Assembly (NCBI GenBank): GCA_963693365.1
Contig: CAVNZM010000002.1
Span: 13,425,615 to 13,489,614 of the forward strand
Direction: 5' to 3'
Length of the DNA: 64,000 nt
From: Amoebidium appalachense
Lineage: Eukaryota; Protista; Ichthyosporea
The notes under the pieces are model-generated. The model ran no database searches and was not told where the DNA came from. It saw only the letters and a program-made list of their open reading frames with translations. Shown piece after piece: positions 1-35,951 of this stretch (within the stretch, counting starts at the first letter, position 1; the number at the start of each line of letters is the position of its first letter). The position numbers and the translations under genes are program-made.

Positions 1-1238
1 AGCACGGTCAGTATGGCCAGCAGCAAGCAACCACCTTGGGGACTCAGGTAGAAAAACCAGTGCCAGTGCAAGAAGTACCGGGGCCAGTGTGCCCAGACCC
101 AACATCCACCTCCATGCATGCGGTAGATCGGCCATGGCCCAGCCACCCAGATAGCCCAATAGAATCCCGGCGTTAATTCCTACTTCACCAATGGCAACCA
201 GTCTCCCCCGCATGTGTGCCGGGGCCACCTCGGCTACGTACACCTGGGGTAGGAGAAGCCCAGCACCCACGCCCAGCCCGGTCACCACTGTACCCCACCA
301 GCCTCGAGTCAGCAAGTTGGAATACCTACCCATTCTTCCCCTCTCTCTTCCCCCCCCCCCCCCTCCCCCCCCTCCCCCCCCCCGCCGTCCCCCCCCCCCC
401 CCCCCCCATCTTTTTCAACTCCCCCCCCCCCCTTCCCCCCTCCCCTCCCCCTCTCTTTCTCCCATGTGTGCCATTTCTGTTCGGGTGTTCCCCCCTCCCC
501 TCTCCCCCCCCCCCCCTTCCCCTTCCGGACCCCCCCACCCTCTTTCCCAGTCAGTGTCAAGATTATGCCCACGGGACTCACCTCTGAACACCATGAGGGT
601 GGCATAGTTGTGGGCTAGGGCCATGCCCAGAGACCCCACAATGAACAGCAGCGCAGCCACAAGCATCGTCTGTCAACATCATGACACGTGTCAGTATGTA
701 ATCCCCCCCCTTCCCCCCCCACCCCTCCCACCCCCCCCCACCCCTCCCTCTCCCCTTTCCCTCTCTCCCTCCCTCCCCCCTTCCCCTCCCTCCCCCTCCC
801 CTCCTCCCCCCTCCCCCCCCCCCCCCCCCCCCCCCCCCCTTCCCCCCCTCGGGGGGTTGCACAATGACGGACACTTACCGGTCGACGGCCCATTGCATCT
901 GCCAGCTGGCCGGCCAGTAGCAGCCCAGCCACTGCCACCAGGTTGAGCACCCCAACCATGGTCTCGGTTTGCGACCCTGTGAGCTCAAAGTCCTGCACAA
1001 GTATGAAGGTTTATCAGAAGATACCCCACGTGCACTGTACACAAGCCCCTAACAATTCGTACATGACATAGGGCGCCAAAAACATATGCACACACAGACA
1101 CCCGCGCATGGGCGCTCACGTACACACACCGTGACGCACGCACTCACGCACGCACACACGCATGCACGCATGCACGACAGCACAGATCCGCACATACGCA
1201 CACACAATTGCAACCGCACACGTATGCAGCACGCACGC

Positions 1239-1276
<38 letters not shown>

Positions 1277-1523
1277 ACATACACACACACACACACACGT
1301 GCGCGCGCGGAACATACACATGCTGTATACAACACGAACATGCACACATGGGCACAAATACACACACACACACACACACACTCATACACAAGAACACACG
1401 CACGCACGCACCAACCCACAGATATGCGCGCGCATGCACACACATACACACACACAAAAACACACACACATAACACACAAGAAGCGTGCGCGCGCACACA
1501 CACACACACACACACATAGTACA

Positions 1524-1582
<59 letters not shown>

Positions 1583-1587
1583 TGCCC

Positions 1588-1628
<41 letters not shown>

Positions 1629-1938
1629 ACACACACACAGAAATTTAAAGAAAAAGACAGTAACCCACGCAACCTGATCCATGCACACAGTACCTTACTG
1701 CACACAGTACCTTACTAATTAACAGTGCAGCAGCAGCCATGATGCCCACATCATACCCCAGCAACACCGAGTTGAGTGTGGCTACAGCCGCACAGCAAAA
1801 AAGAACCAATCGGCTGCGCCATTTCGGCATGTCGGTCACGTGATCTTCTGAGTCAGACGGCGGGGGGCTGGGTGGCGGGCTGCTGACACCCTCCCAGCCC
1901 TGGAAATGGGGCGGGTAGGTGGTGCCACTGGACCTCAT
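1..1938 (-). CDS. MFS sugar porter family transporter (polyol/inositol/hexose-like); 5' part only, continues past the left edge
   Basis: GT-AG exons 1938-1711, 992-879, 669-582 and 287-<1 splice in frame. They carry the sugar-porter motifs [49 protein letters not shown] and LPESPRWL. Confidence 0.93.
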
Positions 1939-4179
1939 GGCTACCTGCTGTATGGGGGGACACACGTGGTTACAATTATTAGTATAGTAATGCTTTTTCA
2001 GTCAAACATGTCAAGTGAAGTAGAATTCGTGCACACGTGTGTGCGGTAGTGGCGGTTTGCGCCGATGTCCGGTTTTGTTAGCGTATGGCAGTAACTTATT
2101 TTATGCATTGTGGTAGTACGCAACTTTGTGCATGTGGGTGGTGGGTATTCAGTTTTGTACGGTCCCGCGGCGGGCCCCCACGACACTCAGTCTGTCTGTC
2201 AGATGGGCAAAAAAGGCCTTCATGTAACTTAAATATCCATGGGTACTAACATAATTTTTTTGTGCCAAAAAGCTCGTGAACATCATGTTGAAACCACGTG
2301 CAGACAATTAAGTATCCATACCAGTCTGAGGTGTGCATGTTCCCTCACCCACCTCTCCACCCACCTCGACGGCCAATGTGTTATCTGTCCTTCCCAGTGG
2401 GCACGGCCAATAAGTAGGTGGAGGCATTCTATCAAATATTAGAGATACACTTGCATATTGATTCAGATATAGGCAGCCTCATGAAGCTAGCTAGGTCATT
2501 GTAAGCGGGTTGTCAATGAATGAGCAGTTCTAGTCTAATGAATTAAATACAAAATGAATGTAGTCATGTGAACTACCGGGGAAAATTTGCAATTGAACGG
2601 TTGATTATGACACGAGCAACGTCTTTGGGTGCCACTAGTGTTATGTTTAAAAAAAAATATTTTGCGAATATACATATTATCCACAGGCTTCCCTTTTTTG
2701 TGCTAATACAGTTAGACAACAATAAGAGGGCTGATGAAGCTACGATAAAAAAGGTAAAGAGCGCCGGCAGCCTCAATAAAAAATGATGGTCTCAATGCAT
2801 TGATTGAAACGTCAGCCACTGTGCATGGGGCCGTGGGCGTTATTAAAGGTATGAAGTCACTGAAAGCTACAACAGTCCATTAGTTTCAGGAAGTATGTAC
2901 CGCATGCATGCGCACTGCCAGTCACTACGCGTACGGTAGCCTATAGGGGCCAGATGCTGGGCGAATAGGGGATTTAAAAACTGAAACTTCACCTCTTGCT
3001 TGGCAACCTGAGCTTCTTCAGGTTTCGTAGGACCTTCCATTGTGGAATCCTCACAAACAATTGCACGATAGACTCATACAACTAAGGTCAGACAGCACAT
3101 GCACACACACAGACCCACACAGTCACACAAACACGCTCACATGCACGCTATGTAGCTACGGTATCACTAAGTGACTCAGAAGTTGAATGCAGCATGCATA
3201 TTCGAACAACAAACAAAATTCTCCTACAAGTGCACATACTAGTACTAGTGACAGAAAAGAACTGTTAGGAAGGTGTACGTACACGGTACTGCAATGATCG
3301 GTACATGTGACGGTTGCCCGAGGCGAATCAGTAGGCGAATCGACATAACCTGCACAAAAACTTGAAAAATGGAACATGTGCAATTGCAGCTCGCGATCGG
3401 CTAGCTCGGACGCGCTGCTGCATGGCCAGTTTGGGTGTTACGCAAATGCTGGCTAGCGTCACGATAGCCTCCATCTTGGTGAAAGATGTCGTGTGCCGTG
3501 GCGCTGCTATCGTGTGGCCCGGGCATGATGCTGACAGCTGTGCCACCGGACTCAGCAAATCTTGTGCACACCCAAGGACACGTACATGCAGCACGTATAT
3601 CTGCAAGCTTGTACTGTATGCATCCATGGGTGTGCTGTAAGCCGTGTGCATCCTTTCTCACATTTATCTGCACATAAAACACTCTCGAGCACACAAGCGT
3701 GCTGTTTAATGTGCATACACATCCCGAAGGCCAACTGACATATCGCACATAAATACACTGTATGCACCGTGATGATGGTTCGGGGCAAAACAAAACTTGA
3801 ACAGCAAGAGAGATGACGGCTGCCCGATGGCATCACAAATCGCCGCGCAGAACGCGATGATTGGCCATCGCTCGGCGCCAAAAACCCTTGGCGGGCTTGC
3901 CATATATGGCAAATTTGATGAGCCGCCCCACTGTGTGCACGTTAGCCGCGCATGTGCTTTGCGGGGCTTCTGTGGTTGGTGGCAAACACTATGTATTCAG
4001 TTTTTTCTATTTTTTGTTTTGTTCTATTTATGCGGTTGTAAACTTGAAGACGTGTACGTTCCGGTAGTGTTGCTGGGCGTAGCCCCTACCTGTTTCGGTT
4101 TGCTGCCAACCTACAGTAGCCCACACGGGCAAATACGCACTAACCTATCAACAATTTGGATCAGAAACAACACGGCAAC

Positions 4180-10697
<6,518 letters not shown>

Positions 10698-11911
10698 GGA
10701 GCATCTGGTATAATGACGTCATGTTTGACGTCACCTGATATGTTTTGTCACGTGCGCAGCGCATGGTTGTAGACAATCTACTGTTTTCTAAAATGTATAT
10801 CGTTTGTGGTCTGACTGAAAGGGAAGACTAAACTAATGTCTCGAGATAGCCAATAATAACACTCGTTTAAGTTTGAATGCGGCATGCAACCCCTGGCCTG
10901 GTGCCGGGAGACGAATAAAATGTGCTGGGGCCTGCTGGCGGGCTGATCAGGCATTGCTATATATCAGACAGAAGGTGTGGCGGTGGGCAAACTGCGACCA
11001 ACCAGAAGAAATGAATCGATGGTGTGCTGTGATGCACGAGTGCCACTGGTACAGGAGGCGTGGACGTGTGTGTTTGGACGTGATACATATTTGTAATGGC
11101 TCCTCATATTATGTATATTTCACCGTGTTATAAAGTCGTAATGCTCGTGCAGAATTTGTGGAGAAGGGAATGAATCGGTCATAGGTAGATGTGAGGGATG
11201 TGGCTCAGCTGTAACATGTACATGGGGCACCTGGGCTGCGTGTGTACATGTTTATCTAACAGACTGGGGAGGCATCAAGTTAAATCACGTGCATATTGTT
11301 GTAGTGTGTGCCCTAGCTGATAGAAACACGTACAGTTCTAAGCTTCAACATATGTACATGTTAGCATTGACCGATGCATATGTGCATATATGGGCCTTGG
11401 CACCGGATAAGGAATCACTGTTAAATGAAGAGTTAACGTTGGAAGGCAATGAGACGGGGTCCCAAGTCACACGTACGCGTACACGTGCACAGCAACATAA
11501 AATCGTGGGTGTCCTTTAGTATCTCTTCAAAGAATGCATTGCTCACGCACGACCAGTCAGCCAACTTGAACCTTTAAATATGAGACCAACAGCCAGCCAC
11601 GGGCCAGCCGCGGCTCTGCATATCTACCGCCCACACACCGGGGCAAACCTATCATTGGAAATGGCTACTAAAAGCACTTATTGAAACACATTTTCAAACA
11701 GATTACGATCTTTAGGTATGACCGAGAAAGTCGAAGGATGCTGCGGCCCTACTGTTGATTACGGTTGATAATGGGAAACGGTTATCAGTTATAAGGCCAC
11801 TACGAATGCTATGCACATCGTTACAGATGTTATGCATAATACAAAAGTTAAGCATATGCACAATACAAATGTTATGCACAGTTTTACACATCAGTGGCGA
11901 GTGAGGGGGGA

Positions 11912-12024
11912 CTATGGGACCAGCGCTTGGAGGTAGGCGATCAGTCGCTTGAGGCCGTAGATGTAACCCTCATCCAGACCATCCTGTACAGAGATAAACA
12001 CAGGCACACACACACACACACACG

Positions 12025-12055
<31 letters not shown>

Positions 12056-12370
12056 ACGCACACGCACACACACACACACACACGCGCGTGCAGGCAGACA
12101 GACACATACACACGCACACACTCCCCCACTCAAACCACCCACCCACCCAACCACAGACATGCACACACGAGAGAGCATGTCAGCAACATCGTGCATGATT
12201 TACCAGCCAGCCAGGATGCAATGACGGATGTGGGCCACAAGAAAATCAGGAGTGAGGGTTTGCAGTCCCCAAATGATGAGGTTGCCCATATAACACACCG
12301 GCAAGTGAGTGGATTAGTCTCAGGATCGGGTTGGTGGTTGTGGTGTGCCACTGGTTGCGATGATGTGTAG

Positions 12371-12407
<37 letters not shown>

Positions 12408-13376
12408 TGTGAGTGTGTGAGTGTGTGAGTGTGTGAGTGTGCGTGTGTGTGCAGGCGCAGGTGTGTGCGCACGTGGGAGAGCGGGAACGTGCGTGCGTGC
12501 GCCACGCACGCGTGCGCGCGCGTGTGTGTGTGTATGATTGTGTGTGCATGTACATGTGCACGTGGAAAGAGTGGGAATGTGTGTGTGTGTGTGTATGTGT
12601 GTGTGTGTGTGTGTGTGTCTGTGTGCGTGTATGGCGTGCATTTTGTTTTACTTATGGGTGGGGGACCTACCGGAGAGTCCATGGGTAGTACGTGGGGGAA
12701 ATCAATCATCCGCATCTCCACAGCATCCGGGTGAGCCGCTGCAACAGAACTCGTCAGTCCCACCCCCCCCCCCCCCCCCCCCCCCCACCCCACACACACC
12801 CACACAATCCGGCCCCTCCCCCCCTCCCCCCCCTGCCCCCCCGCCCCTCCCCCCACCACACACACCCATCTCCCCATTATGTTTGCACTTGTTCTCGTGC
12901 TTCTGCTTGTGTTTGTATGTGTATGCAAACAACATCTTCATCATCTCTAAGACAACAAAGAACATGCAACATAACCTACCCTGTGTATCGCCCTCATACA
13001 CCAGCAGTACACTTGAGCCGTAGAATGCATAGAGGTGCTGTGCCTCGAACCACCCCAATAGTCTCTGTAGGTGCCCAACCAGCCCGGCCACCACATCCGT
13101 ACGCATGCCCTGCCTGCAGCCCCGCCCATTTCAGTGCCTTGCCCCCCCCCCCCCCCCCCCTCCCCCCCCCCCCCGCCCTCGCTCCCCTCCCCCCCCCCCC
13201 CCCCCCCCCCTCCCCCCCTCCCCTCCCCCTACCACCCATCTCTCTCCCCCCCACCCCCTCCCCCGGGCAAGGGAAAGAAAAAAAGCAAACAAAACAAAAA
13301 AAAAAACCTAGAACCAACCACCTCCTTGGACTAGAAACGACAAGAACACATCAAGTGCATCCCCCCCCCCCCCCCC

Positions 13377-13429
<53 letters not shown>

Positions 13430-13586
13430 ACGCAAAGAATGTGAGGAATGCACATACTTGTTGTTCAGGTATGCCTGGAATGCACCGGGCAGCTCACTCT
13501 CAGCCAGGCCATACCCATACTCACGCTCGTAGCTGCGGTACTCCCCCGTGGCTGGCTCGTACACCTGCTGCACCATCAGCTCCCCG

Positions 13587-13628
<42 letters not shown>

Positions 13629-14598
13629 AATCCTCGTCCTTCCTAGTCTCCCCTTAACCCGGTACTCAGCACTCACCCACACCCACACCCACACCAATCA
13701 CACACCCATACCCACCCACCAATTCACACAGACAACCACACACACACACACATACCTACACACACCACTCACCTTCATGCCCACAAAGCGGAATCCTATG
13801 TCCCGCTGTTGTGGGTACTTTGCATTCTGTGGGCCCCACACGTCAGTTTTCATCCCCCCCTCCCTCCCCCCCCCCCCCCCCCCCTCCCCCCCCCCCCTGC
13901 CTTACCCCATCCATCCCCCTCCCACCCTCTCCTTCCTCCCTCCACGATTAACCTCTTTCCCCAGGGGTTCGGCCCATTTGCCAAAATACACCTTAAGTTC
14001 GGCCTTTTCTAGGAAGAATGCCCCCCCCCCCCCCCCCCCCCTATCCCCCGGGCTCCCCCCCCCCCCCCCCCACACTTCCCCGCCCCCCCTCCGGCCCCCA
14101 CCCCCCCCCCCCGCTTTTCTCCCCTTCCCCTCCCTGCGCCCTCCCTCCACCATGCTTGCCCCCCCCCCCCCCCCCCCCCCCCCCATCTCCCCCCCTTCTT
14201 CTTCCTCCCCCACTTCCAGGGGCCTTTCTCCTTGTGTAAGTCAACACACACACACACACACCTCACGTGCAGCCTTTTCTGGGCGTGCAGTGGGAGCATA
14301 GGTCTGCCTGCCCATCTTCAGGTCCAATATGCACGGCTTGCTGAAGCGTCTGATCACATTCTCAAGCACCATATAGTGGCTCTCTGTGTCTGTCCCTTCC
14401 TCCTCGTGTGCCTATGCATGCATGCATACGTCACTTGTTATTCACATACCCTAATGTTCCCCCCCCCTTCCCCCTCTCCCGCCCCCGTCCGCCCCTCTTC
14501 CCCCCCCCCCCCCCCCCCCACCCCCAGTTCCCTTCACTCCTGTACTAGACAGCCAAAAATGGGTGCATGGTCCACTTGCAAGTCGGCTAGTCCGATGT

Positions 14599-14633
<35 letters not shown>

Positions 14634-14836
14634 ACTCCCCCACCACCACCGCACACACACACACACACACACAAACACGCACAAAAGAGCCACCCTTTTA
14701 AGTGGTACATCACAACACGGTCTCATGCGTGTGGGGGTGGTTTTGGTGGTCATGGTGGAGTGGCAAGGGCAGGAGCATGTGTGTTTGTGTGTGTGCATAC
14801 TCTCCCCCCCCTCCCCCCCTCTTTTTTTTCTTTCCC

Positions 14837-14874
<38 letters not shown>

Positions 14875-15135
14875 GGGGGGAGGGGGAAGGGGGGAGGGGG
14901 AAGGAGGCGGAGATTGAAAGCACTCAAAATAGTGTCGACTGCTGCAATCGCCAGCGGGTTCGCTCGTTTTTGCAAATATGCATACATGAATGCCCCAACA
15001 TTCGGGGGAGGGCAAGGGATGCAACATATTGATACAACAAGAACATCCCCCTCGTACCCCTCCAATCAAAAAATAGAACATAGAAAACAACACCCACAAT
15101 CACCCTGTTCTCTCTGCCCCTACTCCGAAAAAAGC

Positions 15136-15169
<34 letters not shown>

Positions 15170-15369
15170 CCCCGCCCGGAAAAGATATACCGAGATAATT
15201 TAAAATTCCATTTATACCGAGACAGCAAATAAGCACTCTGGCACACACCTCCATGCCGTGGTACTGGGGCAGAAAACTCCTCAGGGCCACCTTTGCAGGT
15301 ATGTCAGTGGACCCATCAAACACCTGCTCGTAAAAGGCTATCTCCTGCCCAACCCCCATCGTGTCAGAG

Positions 15370-15406
<37 letters not shown>

Positions 15407-15502
15407 CTCCCCCTCCCTCCCCCCACCAACCCCTCTCTTCCCTTCGTCAGATCTCTTCCCCCCCTCCCGCTCCCTCCCCTCCTCCCACCCTCTCCCATCT
15501 AG

Positions 15503-15545
<43 letters not shown>

Positions 15546-15834
15546 AAACAAACAAACAAACAAACAAAAAAAAAAAACGCACCCCTACCTTGTTTCCACG
15601 GCCACCCTCCTGCAGGGGTTTTAATATCTTGTCCCCTGTGTCCAGTATGGCTTTGCCGGGCATATCTCCCTGTCCGTGCCCTGCTCCAAAACATTAGCCC
15701 CTCCCCTCCCCCCCCCCGTCCTCCTCCTTCTCTCTCCTCCCCCCTCCCCCCCCCTCCCCCCTCCCCCCCTCCCCCCGGCCCCCCCTCCCCCTCGGATGTT
15801 TACCTCCCACCTGTAGACCCAGTGGCTGCAGCAT
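11912..15834 (-). CDS. IPMK: Inositol polyphosphate multikinase (IPK family), ~267 aa, 9 exons
   Basis: Exons 15834-15804, 15680-15589, 15344-15249, 14411-14262, 13826-13773, 13564-13458, 13113-12980, 12738-12671, 11983-11912 (804 nt, all GT-AG). Motifs: [20 protein letters not shown] (PxxxDxKxG), [35 protein letters not shown]. Confidence 0.93.
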
Positions 15835-17281
15835 GACTGAAACCTGCACGCAGACTGGTTAGCACCAATCAACTGCTGCGCACTTGCACAGTGGAAACCC
15901 ATGCACTCGGCCACCCCCCTCCCCACCCCCTCCCCCACCCCCTCCTCCTCCCCCCCCCCCTCCCCTCCCCCCCCCTTCTCCCCCCCCCCCCCCCCCCCCC
16001 CCAATCACCACTCCTATTCTCTGCGCACAGGCACATTTTTTTTCGTTGCCTACTGTAACACATACTGGCGAGTCTTTCATGACCAAAAAAAACAGGGAGG
16101 ATCAAAGCGTACACATGAGAAGGCATATCAATATATTTTAAATAAGCCTAATGAAAAGTCCTAGGCCGCAAAGTATAAGCGAGTCTCTTGTATTTTTATT
16201 GTGTATGCCAATGGGGAGGGTGTATACGAGGGTGTTTTTTTTTGTGTGTGTGTGTGTGTGTGGGGAGGGGGGGGGGGAGGGGGGGGGGAGGGGGGTTGGC
16301 AAGGGTGCGTAAAGTGTTTGTGTGTTCGGGGGGAGGGGGGGGGGGAAGGAAGAGACGGAGAAATACCAGAGAAAAAAAAAAAAAGACGGAGGAAATAAAG
16401 AGTGGAGAGAGAGGGGGGAAGGGTGCGATCAATACAATGTCACTTACTATTAGCAGCTAGCTAGGGTTAAGATGCCGTGGTTGATACTCTGTCTCCTTCA
16501 CTGCACTCTATCTGCCTGCCCGGACGCCTGCGAGTCACCGTACATGTCGACAGAAGTGCGTGCCTGTGTTGCTGCTGAGTTACCTATGTCTTTGTAATTA
16601 GCAAATTTGCCTTAGGGAACTACAAGCACATGCACTTAGAATCGATTTAAAAAAGGAAGACAAGGTTTACACTACAGACGTCGACTAACAGACAAAACAA
16701 AACTTGCACAAAAGTGGCGCCAATTTTTTTTAGCGCGGTATGCGACCCATTTATGGTGTCTACACGATGATTGGCTAAACGTGGCTCACAAAAATGCGTT
16801 ACGCAAAAGATCTGTGCGGTGTTTCTGTTTGTTTCTGTTTTCTTTTGATATGAACTTCGGGTGGTAGCAAAACTTTCCCTCTGAAAATGAGCGCAAGGGT
16901 TGAAGTATAGTGAATAGGTGGCGCGAGGGTGAGTTTGTAAAAATCTGTTGTATCGTTTTTTTTTTTTTTTTTTTTTTTTTTCCCCCTGAAACCGCAGGCG
17001 GCACAACCACCGCTTGTGGGCAAGCACGGAAGCCCGCCTGGGCAGCGATCACGGAAACATTGATTAGTAATGACTCAAGCTTTGAACAAAGAAGCAGCGA
17101 CGCTCAATGCTTGAGATAGGAAGACACACAAATTACCTGATAAATCATGATCAACAGCATTGTTACTTTCACTCCGTCCACAAGATCTTGATTTCCAAGC
17201 AGGTAGAGGCTGGTTCATGGGCCTCATTATGCGTTTCACACACGAGGTTGCAGTCAGCATAGCCCCAGGGAAAACGCGAAG

Positions 17282-32449
<15,168 letters not shown>

Positions 32450-33380
32450 GCCTGGTGAGGTTGCCTACCCCCCACAAGACTAGGATACATCTAAAATCGA
32501 ATGTGCAACCATGTGGAATACCGTGGCATGAAATGTTGTATGACGAATGGTTAGAACGTTTGTAAATACAGGCCCTCGTGTGTTTTTTATTTATTTGTTT
32601 TTTTTTATTGTTATTGCCTCTAGTTTATTCGTAGACCTGGTATTAATCCCCGTTGCTGGTCACCGGGATGCTATGCATATGTGCCCAAGAGCATGCATAT
32701 GCTTGGCTGCTTGACGACTTACACAATGTCTCTAAATGGCAACTGTAGGATTTTTACATTGCAATTTTAGGAAGTTTTACCAGGCGATTTTAGAATTTTG
32801 AAAGCGGTTATTTCACCGTACATATAGGCGAAGCCAATCATCGAATCTGCGTCAAAATGACACTGGATTGCAATTGTTCATCAATCCTGATTGTGTCCAT
32901 GCATGATGCACCACAAAATGTACAGTATGTCAACACATGAAGCATTATGAGGGCTAATGTCAGGAATGTCATAAATTATAGGAAATAAGGATAAAAATAA
33001 CAGCAGTAGCTAGTTAGCAGTTCAGTCAAGTGTTGACAAAACACCCAAGGAACCACCAAATACATACACTTCTTGGGCCTTGCATGCACCCGTCGCCATG
33101 TCCGGTGTGATGCCCAAAGTAATTATTACCATGTCGGTGCGCGTGTGTGCATGTTATCACACACACACACAGTGGTCATGCACCATATATCAGCTGGGCC
33201 GACCAGCAAAATCGTCAAAAACTGCATGATGCTTGCACAAGCACGCTGGCAACACAAACGAGTAACGAGAGCACCTGCATCCGCTTGCTCTGCGTCTGTA
33301 ACGTTAACGGTAACCTCTACCTCGAGCCCAGGTACAGTAAGTTCACTGGGACTTGGGGTTCTCTCTGCCCACCAGATTTT

Positions 33381-33434
<54 letters not shown>

Positions 33435-34105
33435 AGGCTCGCGCATTGATACACTGCCTGCACGTGTACAATAGCGAGGGGGGACTCTTAGAATTCCATA
33501 CACCCATATTATAGACCTCTACGCGATAACCATATATGGTAACTCACAAATGAAACTGCTGTATTCACATATGATACACCTCGGGCATATCTATACACTT
33601 TGGGGCCGGATCCGAGGTGTATGAATACACAAGGGGCTACCATAAATGAACGAAGCACATAAAACACGGCCATCAACACAAAGACTTTTCCACATCCCCA
33701 GACAAGCATTCAACTCATAAAGTGTCGGGTGGTGCAATGAGGGCTGGGGGGGGGGGGGGGGGGGGGGGGGGATGACTATGTCGCTATACCTGTGCTTGTA
33801 CTATCCATAATGATAACAGGTACAATTCCGGCAGTCAAGAGCAAACACAAAACCCCCATGCCTGACGGGTACCGTTGTAGTTCTTGGATGCACATAGCAG
33901 TTATAACGTAGTCAAGTGCAAGAAAATGTCTACGGGATAGGCAGAGTCCCTCCTGGCTGCTCAAAACAACAAAAACCACAGGTATAGAGCCAACAGTGAA
34001 GACTGTCAACAGACCAAGCAAGTAACTGAAGATATTTATGCCTTTAAAGCCCCTTAATCAGAAGATTTGGCCGCAAGAAAGCACCCGTGCATGTACACAC
34101 ACTCT

Positions 34106-34139
<34 letters not shown>

Positions 34140-34455
34140 ATTGGCTTGGTCGGCACATGTAGGACAAACAAGATACCTTCCTTCGTGGATATATTTGCTG
34201 CTCAGACCGGCAGAGCAGGGTCAAGGCCCTGCGACCAGCAACGTGTGGAAGTGTGGGCCAGCCTATACTATTACGAGGGTCACAGGCAGCCTAAAGGTTG
34301 TGTCCGTGTGCGCGTGACCCGTGTAGACTAATGTGATGTAAACGTGTTGATATATATCTCTAAACAGCAGCGTACATATACCAGCACAGCTTCGGAATAT
34401 ATGGCTTCGTGACGATGTCCCTTACACTCTATTTAACATTTTAAAAAGACCCAAT

Positions 34456-35274
34456 TTATGCGTTGTATTGCTCCATAGCGCGCTCATACCGTTTCTTGTC
34501 CTCTGACGCCATAGCATCGTATTTCTTGCGCTCGTTTTCGGACAGAGTCTTCCACATGGCACCGAGCTTGGTGCCGATTTCTGGCACCTTCATGTCTGGG
34601 TTCTGCTCTCGGAGCTTGTTGCGGTTTGCGTTGCAGAAGAGGATGTAGGCGGTCAGAGGTCTCTGTAAGAAACGACAGTTAGTAAAATACATAAACGAAG
34701 AGGTGATGGGCACTATCAAGTAATAGAAAGCTCTTACGGTGACAATGGGAAAAGGAAAGGACCGGAGTTCAATTAGAGGAAAGGATTCGGAAATAAAAGA
34801 GTCAAAAAGAAGAACACGGCAAGAACCCACGACAGGATGAAGCTCACCCAAACAGGGATTTGGAGGTGTGCCTGCCATAATACAAGGTCGCATAAAGGGG
34901 GTGGAGCTATGAGAATATGGGGAGCATCTGCTAGGCACGGGAACTTGTGAGAGACGTGTTGGCTTGGGAAAGTCGGGCAAGTGTCACATCTTCCAATTCA
35001 ATAAGGGAAGGTGCTGGCAAACCGAACCAACAACTCCGCAAGATTGCCATAAAAATAAAAAAGGTGATTGTACACAAAAGTCACCAACGTATTCAATGTG
35101 AGGTAAGTTCAAGAGGACGCACAGCTACACCAAAAACGACTAATCAAGTAGAAGGACACTTGCCTTGGGGGCGTTGGGATCCTTCTCCTTCTTCTCCTTC
35201 TTGGCCGGAGCCTTCTTCTCTTTGCTGTACGGCTCGGCGGCGGCGGGCGCAGCTTTCTTCTCGGCCTTAGGCAT
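34456..35274 (-). CDS. Single HMG-box chromatin protein (Nhp6/HMGB-like), 105 aa, 2 exons
   Basis: Exon 35274-35164 (MPKAEKK..KEKDPNAPK) and exon 34662-34456 (RPLTAYILFCNANR..EIGTKLGAMWKTLSENERKKY..DKKRYE) are joined by a GC-AG intron (AAG|GCAAGT). Splicing restores the DPNAPKRP motif. Confidence 0.95.
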
Positions 35275-35599
35275 GTTGGCGAGTAAAAGGGAAGGAATAA
35301 GCTAAAGGGGGGTGGGTTGGTTTAGAGGTGACGTTATCACGATTCAAACACACAGGGTGTTGTCAGAGTGGGCGAAAAACAAGCAACTGAGGGGCACAAA
35401 ACAACGGATCGAGCATTTTATATGGATGCCATGCAAACATATGCAGTGGCAAAATCTTTAAATAATAATATTTTAGTAAACCAATAGTAATGCGTTTTAG
35501 ATCCACAGTGGTATTTAAATTTCCCCGGCCAAGCAGCGGCAGCCGATTGCGCCCAGGCTGACCAGTCAGATTTGTGCGGCGTCCTTTTAAGTGATGACA

Positions 35600-35770
35600 G
35601 CCAACCGTCAACCGGATTTCATTGGCTTCCTGTCACAGCACCTTTTAGAGCAAGGCCGTTGCCGCCAGGATTCAAATCTGACTAGCAAATTCCACACCGG
35701 TTGTGGTGCGTGTTTAGCAAATGGAGTGAGTTCGCGCCAACTGGCATCAGACGGTGTTGATTGGTTTCTA
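35600..35770. promoter_or_regulatory. Putative bidirectional promoter (HMG/BARD1) with CCAAT boxes and an E2F-like site
   Basis: ATTGG at 35621 and 35760, TTCGCGCCAA at 35731-35740, in a CpG-rich, microsatellite-free interval between divergent start codons. Confidence 0.5.
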
Positions 35771-35951
35771 CCGTCAATGTTGTCTATCAGTGAACTGTGC
35801 AAGTGAGAGTGCAAGTGCAGTCGTGTGCAAGCTGAGGGCCTGTGTCGTTGTGCTGGAAGGAAAGAAGTATCAAGCCAGGATGAGTAAATCAGCTGAAAGG
35901 ATCAGCTATTAGAAAGACAACCACTAATAAGCACTATTGATAAGTTACAAA

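Noticed and set aside
35504-35530. CACAGTG heptamers (also ~2816, ~3929, ~15887, ~33168) suggesting RSS or Transib ends
   Set aside because: There is no nonamer at 12/23 spacing and no paired TIRs or target duplications, and the heptamer is expected by chance in CA/TG-rich DNA.
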